From NCBI GenBank assembly GCA_964458565.1, contig CAYWJO010000044.1, positions 1 to 28,379 on the forward strand: a DNA stretch of 28,379 nt. Reading direction: 5' to 3'. The stretch is from an uncultured archaeon (GTDB lineage: Archaea > Asgardarchaeota > Thorarchaeia > Thorarchaeales > Thorarchaeaceae). Shown here piece after piece: positions 16,108 to 24,732 of the stretch (position 1 is the first letter of the stretch; each line of letters begins with the position of its first letter). The notes beneath the pieces are model-generated. The model had not been told where the DNA came from. It did no database searches and was given only the letters and a program-made list of their open reading frames with translations. The position numbers and the translations under genes are program-made.

Positions 16108-17778
16108 ATGGAAAGACCATGGATAAAGAACTACGTTGGAGGAACTCCAGCGGATATAGAAATACCAGATGGACCTCTTTGGAATCTATTCGATAAAGCA
16201 GTTGAGGAATTTCCTGATAATACTGCAATTTACTATCAGGGAACTACGACTTCATATCGAGAACTTGGTGAACTTGTGAATAGAGCTGCAAATGGCTTTA
16301 GAAAATTAGGAGTTGAGAAAGGTGATGTAGTTGCGATAATGCTACCCAATGTTCCGCAATTCATCATTGCATATTATGGTGCACTAAAATGTGGTGCAAC
16401 AGTGACTCCTATAAATCCATTAAGTATGCCAAAAGAACTTAGAATTTACCTTCAGGACACAGGTGCGAAAGTTATTGTCACATTCAACTTTTTCTATAAG
16501 ATTGTAGAAGCAATTCGGAAGGAAACAAATCTTGAGAAAGTAATAGTAGCTGCTGGATGGGACACACTCAGTAAGATGAAACAGATTCTTGCACCTAAGT
16601 TAGTATACAGAAAGGAAATGAAAGAAGTTCCTCCTCTGAGAGAGGGTGATATACTTTGGAATGATTTCATTGCAGACACAGTCCCTGAACCACCATCTGG
16701 TGTGCAGATCGATCCATCAAAGGACATCGCAGTATACCAGTTTACTGGTGGCACAACAGGAATTCCTAAAGCAGCAATGCTGACGCACGACAATCTCAAA
16801 GCAAACTGCGCACAGTGTGGAGCATGGATGGATTGGATGGCTGAGCGAGGCAAGGAAGTTTTTGTAGGTGCATTACCATTACAGCACATCTTCGGACAAA
16901 CAGTTACAATGAATCTAGCAATATCGTGGGGATCAGGAATAATATGCATCGTCAATCCCAGAGATATTGAAGGATTGTTGAAAGAGATTGATACACTCAA
17001 ACCAACAATGTTTCCAATTGTAGCCACGATGGCAATTGGTATCTATTCTCATCCAAGTGTTGTAAAGTATGATATAACGTCACTCAAGTTATCTATAGCA
17101 GGTGCAATGGCATTACCACCTGAAGTTACAAGAAAATTTGAAGCAGCGACTAATTCTATAATCATTGAAGGATACGGACTCTCAGAAGCAAGTCCTGTAA
17201 CCCATGCGAATCCATTAGATAAGGACAAGAGGAAAATTGGATCAATTGGCCTACCGTTTCCAAGTACATATAGCAAAATAGTATCTCTGGAAGACAAAAC
17301 AAAAGATCTACCAGTTGGAGAAATAGGTGAGCTTGCAGTCAAAGGACCCCAGATTATGCAGGGATATCATAATAGACCAGATGAAACAGCCGATGTTTTA
17401 ACAAAAGATGGATGGCTAATAACTGGAGATATCGCAAAAATGGATGAAGAGGGTTGGACCTACATTGTGGACAGAAAGAAGGATCTCATCAATGCTAGTG
17501 GGTACAAGGTTTGGCCAAATGAAGTCGAAGAGATTCTTTTTGAACATCCAAAGGTCAGGGAGGCTGCCGTAATCGGCATTCCTGATGAAACCAGAGGCGA
17601 AACCGTCAAGGCGTTCATTGTTCTAGAAGAAGGTCAGACATCTACTCGTGATGAAATTCGCGATTTCTGTAAGGAAAAGATGGCAGTCTATAAGGTACCA
17701 ACTCATGTAGAATTCGTCGATACTCTTCCGAAGACAATGGTTGGTAAGGTTCTCAGAAGAGAGCTAAGAGAACAATAA
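16108..17778 (+). CDS. fadD: Long-chain fatty acid--CoA ligase (AMP-binding family)
   Basis: FTGGTTGIPK, EGYGLSE, GWLITGD, VDRKKD, GKVLRRELR; GAGGAG RBS. Confidence 0.93.
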   Translation: MERPWIKNYVGGTPADIEIPDGPLWNLFDKAVEEFPDNTAIYYQGTTTSYRELGELVNRAANGFRKLGVEKGDVVAIMLPNVPQFIIAYYGALKCGATVTPINPLSMPKELRIYLQDTGAKVIVTFNFFYKIVEAIRKETNLEKVIVAAGWDTLSKMKQILAPKLVYRKEMKEVPPLREGDILWNDFIADTVPEPPSGVQIDPSKDIAVYQFTGGTTGIPKAAMLTHDNLKANCAQCGAWMDWMAERGKEVFVGALPLQHIFGQTVTMNLAISWGSGIICIVNPRDIEGLLKEIDTLKPTMFPIVATMAIGIYSHPSVVKYDITSLKLSIAGAMALPPEVTRKFEAATNSIIIEGYGLSEASPVTHANPLDKDKRKIGSIGLPFPSTYSKIVSLEDKTKDLPVGEIGELAVKGPQIMQGYHNRPDETADVLTKDGWLITGDIAKMDEEGWTYIVDRKKDLINASGYKVWPNEVEEILFEHPKVREAAVIGIPDETRGETVKAFIVLEEGQTSTRDEIRDFCKEKMAVYKVPTHVEFVDTLPKTMVGKVLRRELREQ

Positions 17779-17797
17779 GATTAGTCAAGACAGGCTT

Positions 17798-17832
17798 GTG
17801 CCGGATGGCTCCGGCACCCTCAATCTTTTTTT
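17798..17832 (+). terminator. GC-rich hairpin plus T-tract between convergent genes
   Basis: GTGCCGGA-tggc-TCCGGCAC (17798-17817, perfect 8-bp stem), followed by a T run at 17826-17832. Confidence 0.65.
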
Positions 17833-18379
17833 ATTCTAACTCTACATTTTCTAGAAGAGAATGTATCTCAGGTCGTCCTAGCATTTTACGTCGCGTTTCA
17901 GATAGATTGTTGATAACACAGGAGATCCCTACTACTGTTGCATCCAACTTCTCTACTACTTTCTTTACAGCAAAAACAGTGGTACCCTGAATCAACCAAT
18001 CGTCCACAACAGCTACTCTATCCCCTGCATCAATCGATTCCGATACAAGTGCAAGCTGTTCATCTGCAAATTTACTTGAAGGAAGCCATTCAACAGGTCG
18101 GCTATACCCTTCAGGCAAATATGCAATTGAACGAACAGGAACACAGCCACACCCAAGATAATATGCCATTGCACTTCCTAGGGCTAATCCTCGTTGCTCA
18201 ATACCAATGACCTTGTTAGGTCGAACCTCAACCAGTGGTTTTGCAAGAGTCACAACAGCCTCATGAAAGACAGAGGGATCTTCAATGAGACGGCTAATAT
18301 CACAGACTGCTTTTCCAGGCTCAGGCCAGTCCTTAATGACATCAATATAGTCCTTAAAATTCACTTTTGTCATTGGCAT
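17831..18379 (-). CDS. Adenine phosphoribosyltransferase-like type I PRTase (divergent)
   Basis: DWPEPG, GIEQRG, PRPP-binding GDRVAVVDDWLIQGTT. Start is ambiguous (18385/18379/18373). Confidence 0.85.
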   Translation of the reverse strand: MPMTKVNFKDYIDVIKDWPEPGKAVCDISRLIEDPSVFHEAVVTLAKPLVEVRPNKVIGIEQRGLALGSAMAYYLGCGCVPVRSIAYLPEGYSRPVEWLPSSKFADEQLALVSESIDAGDRVAVVDDWLIQGTTVFAVKKVVEKLDATVVGISCVINNLSETRRKMLGRPEIHSLLENVELE

Positions 18380-18509
18380 AACCAAGTAGAAATAAATCCA
18401 AGCTAGAGATAATTCTTTCTGTAGGAGTCATGACTTCATAGACGAAACAGTTATCACATCAAGTCAATGAAAAGCATTTGTATCGACAGGATGGAGTTGG
18501 TCAATCTAG

Positions 18510-20051
18510 GTGATAGTTCCAGGTACTACAGTCGGAGTGACGCTCATTCCAGGATTCGTGGAAATTCGCGATAAAGGCATCGTTAAGAAAAGAATTCCGA
18601 TTAAAAAGAAATCATTTGATGAAGTTCTATCTGAGGTTGAACTTTATTTTTCTGGACGAGGACGACGTCTTGCTCCTTACATACTCAAGGACATCCTAAT
18701 TAAAATTGGACTTCCACGGGTCAAAGTCATAATAGAGAGGGAGAGTGATGTTGAGCTCAAAGATAAACGAAAAAGTAGAGTCAAGCCTGAACCAACGAAA
18801 CCGAAGGTCGAAGAGAAACCAAAGGAGATAGAATCAATCTCAGAGAGTCAGGATGATACTGTAAAAGAAACCCCTGTCATAGAAAACAAACCAATTGAAA
18901 CACAACCAGAAGAATCAGGTACAATTACCATGGAAGATTTCGATGACATTCAAGAAGCACTGCTTCAAGTGGATAAGTTGAGTGATTCATTCATGAGTTC
19001 AAAACCTGCTGATATTGTGTCAGCTTCTTCAAAACCAGAGATAAAGATTAAGATAGAAGGAATCGAAGAGGTTCGAGCTACTACTAAGACAACAGCGACT
19101 AGACCAAAACACACTGAAGAAATAGATGATACGATTGAATTCGAAACAGTTGATTTGAAAGAGGACAGCATTATTGAGATTGTTGAAAAAGATGTCCCTC
19201 AGGACGAAGTGGAGGATACCATAGTTGAGGAGCCTATGGTTTCTGATGTTTCTACTACTCAGGAAGAAGAACCATCAATTGAAATTGATGAAGAAGCAAT
19301 CGAGATTACAGAAAGAGATGGAGAAATAACTGCTACAAAGGAGATTTCTCTTGAAGAAGAGCATGATATCAAAGAAGAGATTCATGAAGAAGGACTGGAA
19401 ACAAAACTAAAAGAATCGACTGCAGCTCCTTATGGGTCTCAAGTTATGGCGACTGCTAGTAGACATATGGTAAAACCACTTGTTCAAGCAAAGGCATTGG
19501 TGCTCGGTGAGGAAGGAGTAGGAAAATCAAGTCTTATTGAAAATGCAGGTTTGGAAGCTTTGGAAACAGATGAGGGTTTTAGCACTTATAGAAATGCAAG
19601 AACATTTGAATTAACCGGACATAGAGTCAAGCTGATAGCATGGTCGTTTGAAGAGGCAGTAAGAGCAAAGATATCTCGAACTGACTACTATGCTAATGCT
19701 GATGTAATAATCATAGTTTATGCTACCTGTGACAGATGGAGTTTTGAAAGTATTGCGTTCTGGTTGAAAGAGGTACAGCTAACGAATGAGGTCCTACCAC
19801 CCGTAGTTCTTGTTGGAAATAAAAAAGATTTACGTGTAGGTGAGATAGATGATGATTCCGGTGATGAACCAGTGGATACTCAAGAGGGATTCACAGTCGC
19901 AGAATATCTCGCAAAGAATCTGGGACTAGAGGATAGCATGCATCCTATTGCTTTCCTTGAAACATCTTGTCTAACTCATGAAGGTGTGGAAGACGTGTTT
20001 GTAACTGCATCTGAACTTTTCGTAGAACACAGTTCCAAATTAGACAAATAA
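18510..20051 (+). CDS. Ras-superfamily small GTPase domain at the C-terminus of a protein with a basic N-terminal domain and long acidic linker
   Basis: LVLGEEGVGKSS (G1), YYANADVIIIVY, SFESIAFW, VLVGNKKD (G4), FLETSC (G5), GVEDVF. Confidence 0.9.
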   Translation: MIVPGTTVGVTLIPGFVEIRDKGIVKKRIPIKKKSFDEVLSEVELYFSGRGRRLAPYILKDILIKIGLPRVKVIIERESDVELKDKRKSRVKPEPTKPKVEEKPKEIESISESQDDTVKETPVIENKPIETQPEESGTITMEDFDDIQEALLQVDKLSDSFMSSKPADIVSASSKPEIKIKIEGIEEVRATTKTTATRPKHTEEIDDTIEFETVDLKEDSIIEIVEKDVPQDEVEDTIVEEPMVSDVSTTQEEEPSIEIDEEAIEITERDGEITATKEISLEEEHDIKEEIHEEGLETKLKESTAAPYGSQVMATASRHMVKPLVQAKALVLGEEGVGKSSLIENAGLEALETDEGFSTYRNARTFELTGHRVKLIAWSFEEAVRAKISRTDYYANADVIIIVYATCDRWSFESIAFWLKEVQLTNEVLPPVVLVGNKKDLRVGEIDDDSGDEPVDTQEGFTVAEYLAKNLGLEDSMHPIAFLETSCLTHEGVEDVFVTASELFVEHSSKLDK

Positions 20052-20140
20052 AGAAATACTCCAAACAGTAAAATACTCGAATTTCACATTAGATATTGCC
20101 CTATTTGATGTGTTATTGAACTCTCTTATTGGTGATGAAT

Positions 20141-20446
20141 ATGCCCGACCAATGTGAAAGCTGTGGCAAAGTAATTGATCCTATTTTTACACCAAAGAAT
20201 CTAGAGCAGAGTTTCAAGAATGATGAGCGTAAGAAGATTGGCATTTGTTCAGAATGCTTTGAGAAAAGATACAAGGTCGCTACAAAGAAGCGAAGTGGAT
20301 ACGGTGGGACAATCTATGAGATAGAAGAGCGATCTTCTCCTAGATTTGGGATTGGAAGTCAGAAAATGACATGTCTCAAGTGTTCGTGGGTTGCTTGGAC
20401 TGAAGAAGGACTACGAGCACATATTCGGAAAAGACATCCTGATTAA
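20141..20446 (+). CDS. Small double zinc-finger protein (C4 + C2H2)
   Basis: CESC...CSEC and CLKC-x12-HIRKRH. GGTGA at 20131-20135 favours ATG 20141. Confidence 0.85.
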   Translation: MPDQCESCGKVIDPIFTPKNLEQSFKNDERKKIGICSECFEKRYKVATKKRSGYGGTIYEIEERSSPRFGIGSQKMTCLKCSWVAWTEEGLRAHIRKRHPD

Positions 20447-21102
20447 TATGACACAAGTGGATTATCAGATTTCGTTTTAACTATTTCATGACCTTTTATT
20501 GTCAGATTCTCAACTCTTTTCACAGCACTCTCAAGCATACCCATTCTGTAGGTAGAAGTTCTTGGTCCAACCCCAATCAGCCAACTAAGTGATGTTAGAT
20601 CAAGTGTTTCATGACTATCAAAGTATAGTTCTAAATCGTTAGAGATAGCGTTGGTCCTATCAAACATTGATACAGTCAAACCTAGACTGGGAGCAAGGAA
20701 CCCAATAATCACCCATATCAGAATAAGAGGATCCTCACTGAAGTATTTGAAGAAGAATGCAAATGCAGACAACAGGGGTAAAACTAGGGACATCAATACC
20801 AGTAGCAAAGACACATGTTGTGCTACATCGTCACTTCCTAAGCCAGCGACACCGATTACATCCTGATCTGGTGGAAAGAGATACACAAGAATGGATCCTG
20901 AGGCTATACCAACAACGAAGGCAGATGCAACAATCAAAAGTGAATAGCTCAGAGGATCATCAGTCCAGATAGTTGGGAAACTAATGATTGACTGAAACAG
21001 GAATGCAAGTCCAATAGTTATGGCACCTACAGCAAATCCCCTCCAACTAAAGAATTCATACTTCATTTCATATATTAGCTCAGTCATCTGAAGAAGCACC
21101 AC
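20443..21102 (-). CDS. Hypothetical 4-TM membrane protein with soluble C-terminal region
   Basis: Four hydrophobic segments, then about 70 polar residues; its stop overlaps the Zn-finger stop. Confidence 0.8.
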   Translation of the reverse strand: MVLLQMTELIYEMKYEFFSWRGFAVGAITIGLAFLFQSIISFPTIWTDDPLSYSLLIVASAFVVGIASGSILVYLFPPDQDVIGVAGLGSDDVAQHVSLLLVLMSLVLPLLSAFAFFFKYFSEDPLILIWVIIGFLAPSLGLTVSMFDRTNAISNDLELYFDSHETLDLTSLSWLIGVGPRTSTYRMGMLESAVKRVENLTIKGHEIVKTKSDNPLVSY

Positions 21103-21243
21103 ACTATTCTATGGTGAAAGAATACATACACCGAAATAAACCTTCGTCTTTTTACTCTCTATTCATATCAAAGAGTAGTTGACCATCCATTGTACGACAT
21201 TTGAACTTGGGAAGAGGTTAAAAGCCTTCATTCTTCCTAAAAA

Positions 21244-21960
21244 TTGTGGGGTGTTCGTGTGGTCGATGAACCCATAGTGTCGCTAAAGAAAGTATCCAAG
21301 ATTTATACCATGGGCGATATCATTGTTCCTGCACTTCGAGGAGTGGATTTGGAAATTCAAAAAGGGTCTACAATTGGTATCATGGGCCCGTCAGGATCTG
21401 GTAAAACCACTCTACTCAATTTGATCGGAGCACTTGATAGACCCTCAGAAGGATCTGTGCTCGTGGGTGGTCTTGATATCACAAACATGAATGAGAAAGA
21501 ATTGACTCTGGTTAGGCGTGAACGCATCAGCTTCGTATTTCAGTTCTTCAATCTTTTGCCAGTATTAACAGCGTATGAGAATGTAGAACTTCCACTTCTG
21601 ATAGCAAATGTTCCGGAAGAAGAAAGAAGACAACGAGTAGAACACCTCCTAGGTCTTGTTGGACTGACAGATAGAGCGGACCATCGACCAGATGAACTGT
21701 CTGGTGGAGAATCACAAAGAGTTGCTATTGCACGTGCACTTGCTAAACCAAGAAGCTCTGCAGAGTCCATTGTAGTTCTAGCGGATGAACCAACTGGAGA
21801 TCTGGACACACAGACAGGTGAGGAGATTATGGAAGTCTTGCTTGAGCTGACACATAAGGAAGGTGGAACGCTTATTGTTGTGACGCATGACCCAGATGTT
21901 GGTGCTAAGATGGATAGAGTCTATAACATGAGAGACGGTCAAATTGAGAGCGTGACATAG
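21244..21960 (+). CDS. ABC transporter ATP-binding protein, LolD/MacB family
   Basis: GPSGSGKT, FVFQFFNL, LSGGESQRVAIARAL, LADEPTG, VTHD. True start may be GTG 21259. Confidence 0.95.
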   Translation: MWGVRVVDEPIVSLKKVSKIYTMGDIIVPALRGVDLEIQKGSTIGIMGPSGSGKTTLLNLIGALDRPSEGSVLVGGLDITNMNEKELTLVRRERISFVFQFFNLLPVLTAYENVELPLLIANVPEEERRQRVEHLLGLVGLTDRADHRPDELSGGESQRVAIARALAKPRSSAESIVVLADEPTGDLDTQTGEEIMEVLLELTHKEGGTLIVVTHDPDVGAKMDRVYNMRDGQIESVT

Positions 21961-21972
21961 GGGAGAGAAGTA

Positions 21973-24732
21973 ATGGCGGCAGTGCCTGTTGGATATGAAG
22001 CATTTCAGAGCAAGAGAAGAAAAGCCGTTACACTTGCTTGTTTTGTGTTAGCCGCAGCCATGGTTATGGGAATCACTGTCTTCGTAGATTCTTACTCGGT
22101 CCATGAATGGGATAACCTCGTGGATGTGGGTGATGCGGCGATAGCGGTCCGATCAGATAGATACAATGACATTGTAAATATAGCTGATACTGTCGCTGGC
22201 TTGCCAGAGATAACTAAGAGTAGTACTCTATTGACCACTACCGGAGTAATAACAAGAGAACTAAACATCACTACTTGGAGTGACGAGGGAGATGTTTTTG
22301 TTCTTGGAGATACATTTCTTGAGAATTTTCCAAACTACTTCTACATTGAAGGATCTTTACCCTCAAATGGTGAAGAGATTGTGATTTCAGAGAACCTCAT
22401 TGATTGGTATCAGGTTGGAATTGGGGACTATGTCAATTATTCTACATCAAGGAGCAGTGAGAGAATCCTTGTTAAAATAGTAGGCACTTTTACTAGGGAG
22501 CTTGGAGCAGACACCGAGCATTATTATGATTCATACTACTGGAGCATTGCTATAATTCCGGAAGAACTAGTAAACACACAGAACCGAGAACTTCAGATCA
22601 TTGCTGATATTGATAGAACTACAATATCACCATTTGACTCCCAGAGTTCACTTTCATATCTACAAGGTATTGATGAAAAGATTCGAAGGTTTGACCCGAA
22701 TTACAATCCACAAGAGGGCGTTTATAATTCCAAATACAGAGTATACAATTATTTGGTAGATGGAGTTTTAACCTACATAATGTGGCAGAGTGGGATTAGA
22801 TATTCTCAACTAACAAGATCAGGGGGCATTATACTTCTTGTTCTTCTTGTTGCTATGTTGTCAATCAGATATAACGTTCAGGATAGAAGATTCGAACGGA
22901 CAATGTTACAAGCGAGAGGAGCAACCAAAGCCCAACTAAATAAGAGCGTCACAAGGGAAGTTCTTCTACTCGCGTTTCTATCAACACTTCTTGGTATCGG
23001 TATTGGAGTATTAACTAGCAGAGTGGCCATGGCAACTGAGGGATTCCTCAATCTTAATTTCACAAAATTATTCACTGAACCTCTCCTTATTTCGATAGAG
23101 TCTCTGCTTATCTCATTAATTGTGGGTATTGTTTTGCCATTTGGAGCATGGATTGGTTATAGAAATGTAGAATCCACCAGAGAATCTGCAGAGGGGACTG
23201 GAAGGATAGCATCCATAGCGAAGGGTATGCGAATACTGAGATGGGACTTCTTGGTCATTATACTCGCAACACTGTTATTATATGGTTTATTAAGTCTAGG
23301 CGTCGTCGCTCAATTTATTCCGTTTCTGTCATTAATTATTGCTGCATTACCATTAGTAATCTTCGTAGGTATAGCTAGCCTCTCAATCAAGGCATTAAGG
23401 AAGGGAAGTTATTTTATTTCCAAATTATTCGAAGGACTCATTGGCAAATTGTCAGCATCAATAGGAATTCGGAGAATTGGAAAAGAAGCATCCTCAGCGG
23501 GAGTTGTTGCCGCTGTAATAGTACTCGCTGTGAGCTTAGCTTGGGCAAATGCTGTAGTTGATGTATCTCTACCTGAAACACAATTACGTCATGGAAGATT
23601 TGGAATTGGAGGGGACATTTCATTTGCACTTGAAAGGTCTGAACGCGATTTATGGGATGCACTTGAGGAAAACTTGTCAGCACAGTCAGGTGTGGTTGAT
23701 ACAACCATTGTCAATGTTGTAGATTTACAGGTCTCACAATATTCATCAATTCCATTCATGGCTATAGACCCAGAGTATCTCAATATCGGGTATGATTATC
23801 TTGGAGAGCGCTATAGTAATTCGAGCTTCTCATCAATGTTTAATGAGCTCCTCGACCATCCAGATTATGCGATTGTAACAAGCGATATCGCTCAGATTTT
23901 CGACCTGAGTGTAGGAAGCGTACTTCAAGCATTTATTGAAACAGGAATAGGTCCAATTGTCATCCCATTTAGAGTCGCAGGAATTGTTGAAGGTCTTACT
24001 GATTTTGCCCTCCTTCCTAATCAATATGGATACTGGGGATACAGTCAGATCGGCTCATACCGTGTTATGGTCGATTACAATTATGTGAGTAGCTTCATCA
24101 ATACAACCTGGGTAAGTAGCAGCTTTCTCTGTGCATCGACATACAGAAGCACAAATGGAACCGTTATTATTGAAGATTTGATGGAATCCGGTGCAGGTTT
24201 AGCAGTTGATGGAATAAGATACACTTCGACAAGAACAATTGTTGATACATACATTAGATCCGTAGCATACCAGATGGATCGTTCAGTAGACACCATGACA
24301 TTGGTTGTCTTAGTTGGTACGATATTTGGAGCTTTTTCAATATACTCAACTGAAGGAATTCGTGCTAGGAGAAGAGAGATTGCGTTACTGCGTTCAAATG
24401 GAACAACAAACAGAACGATAATAGGAATTCAGATAGCGGAGATGACTGTTCTCACTCTTATCAGTTTTCTACTCCTTCTAATTTTCTCACCAATTCTGAT
24501 TTCCAATGTATTGGCTACGTCAAACTGGACATATTCTTATCGTGTCCAGATTTTTCCAGTCGATATTTTTACAGTTATTCCAATCATCACTTTGCTAAGT
24601 GTACTTCTTCTATTCTTTATTCTCTCCACTCTTTTCATAGTAGTCGCAGCATACTTGAGTGTTCGAATCAACCTTGCTGAGTCACTCAATTCATCATGGG
24701 CTGAATCAGGACCATTGGGAGGAGATATGTAA
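21973..24732 (+). CDS. FtsX/MacB-like ABC permease (duplicated architecture)
   Basis: TM + large extracellular domain + 3 TM, twice; RRFERTMLQARGAT and RRREIALLRSNG motifs. Confidence 0.9.
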   Translation: MAAVPVGYEAFQSKRRKAVTLACFVLAAAMVMGITVFVDSYSVHEWDNLVDVGDAAIAVRSDRYNDIVNIADTVAGLPEITKSSTLLTTTGVITRELNITTWSDEGDVFVLGDTFLENFPNYFYIEGSLPSNGEEIVISENLIDWYQVGIGDYVNYSTSRSSERILVKIVGTFTRELGADTEHYYDSYYWSIAIIPEELVNTQNRELQIIADIDRTTISPFDSQSSLSYLQGIDEKIRRFDPNYNPQEGVYNSKYRVYNYLVDGVLTYIMWQSGIRYSQLTRSGGIILLVLLVAMLSIRYNVQDRRFERTMLQARGATKAQLNKSVTREVLLLAFLSTLLGIGIGVLTSRVAMATEGFLNLNFTKLFTEPLLISIESLLISLIVGIVLPFGAWIGYRNVESTRESAEGTGRIASIAKGMRILRWDFLVIILATLLLYGLLSLGVVAQFIPFLSLIIAALPLVIFVGIASLSIKALRKGSYFISKLFEGLIGKLSASIGIRRIGKEASSAGVVAAVIVLAVSLAWANAVVDVSLPETQLRHGRFGIGGDISFALERSERDLWDALEENLSAQSGVVDTTIVNVVDLQVSQYSSIPFMAIDPEYLNIGYDYLGERYSNSSFSSMFNELLDHPDYAIVTSDIAQIFDLSVGSVLQAFIETGIGPIVIPFRVAGIVEGLTDFALLPNQYGYWGYSQIGSYRVMVDYNYVSSFINTTWVSSSFLCASTYRSTNGTVIIEDLMESGAGLAVDGIRYTSTRTIVDTYIRSVAYQMDRSVDTMTLVVLVGTIFGAFSIYSTEGIRARRREIALLRSNGTTNRTIIGIQIAEMTVLTLISFLLLLIFSPILISNVLATSNWTYSYRVQIFPVDIFTVIPIITLLSVLLLFFILSTLFIVVAAYLSVRINLAESLNSSWAESGPLGGDM

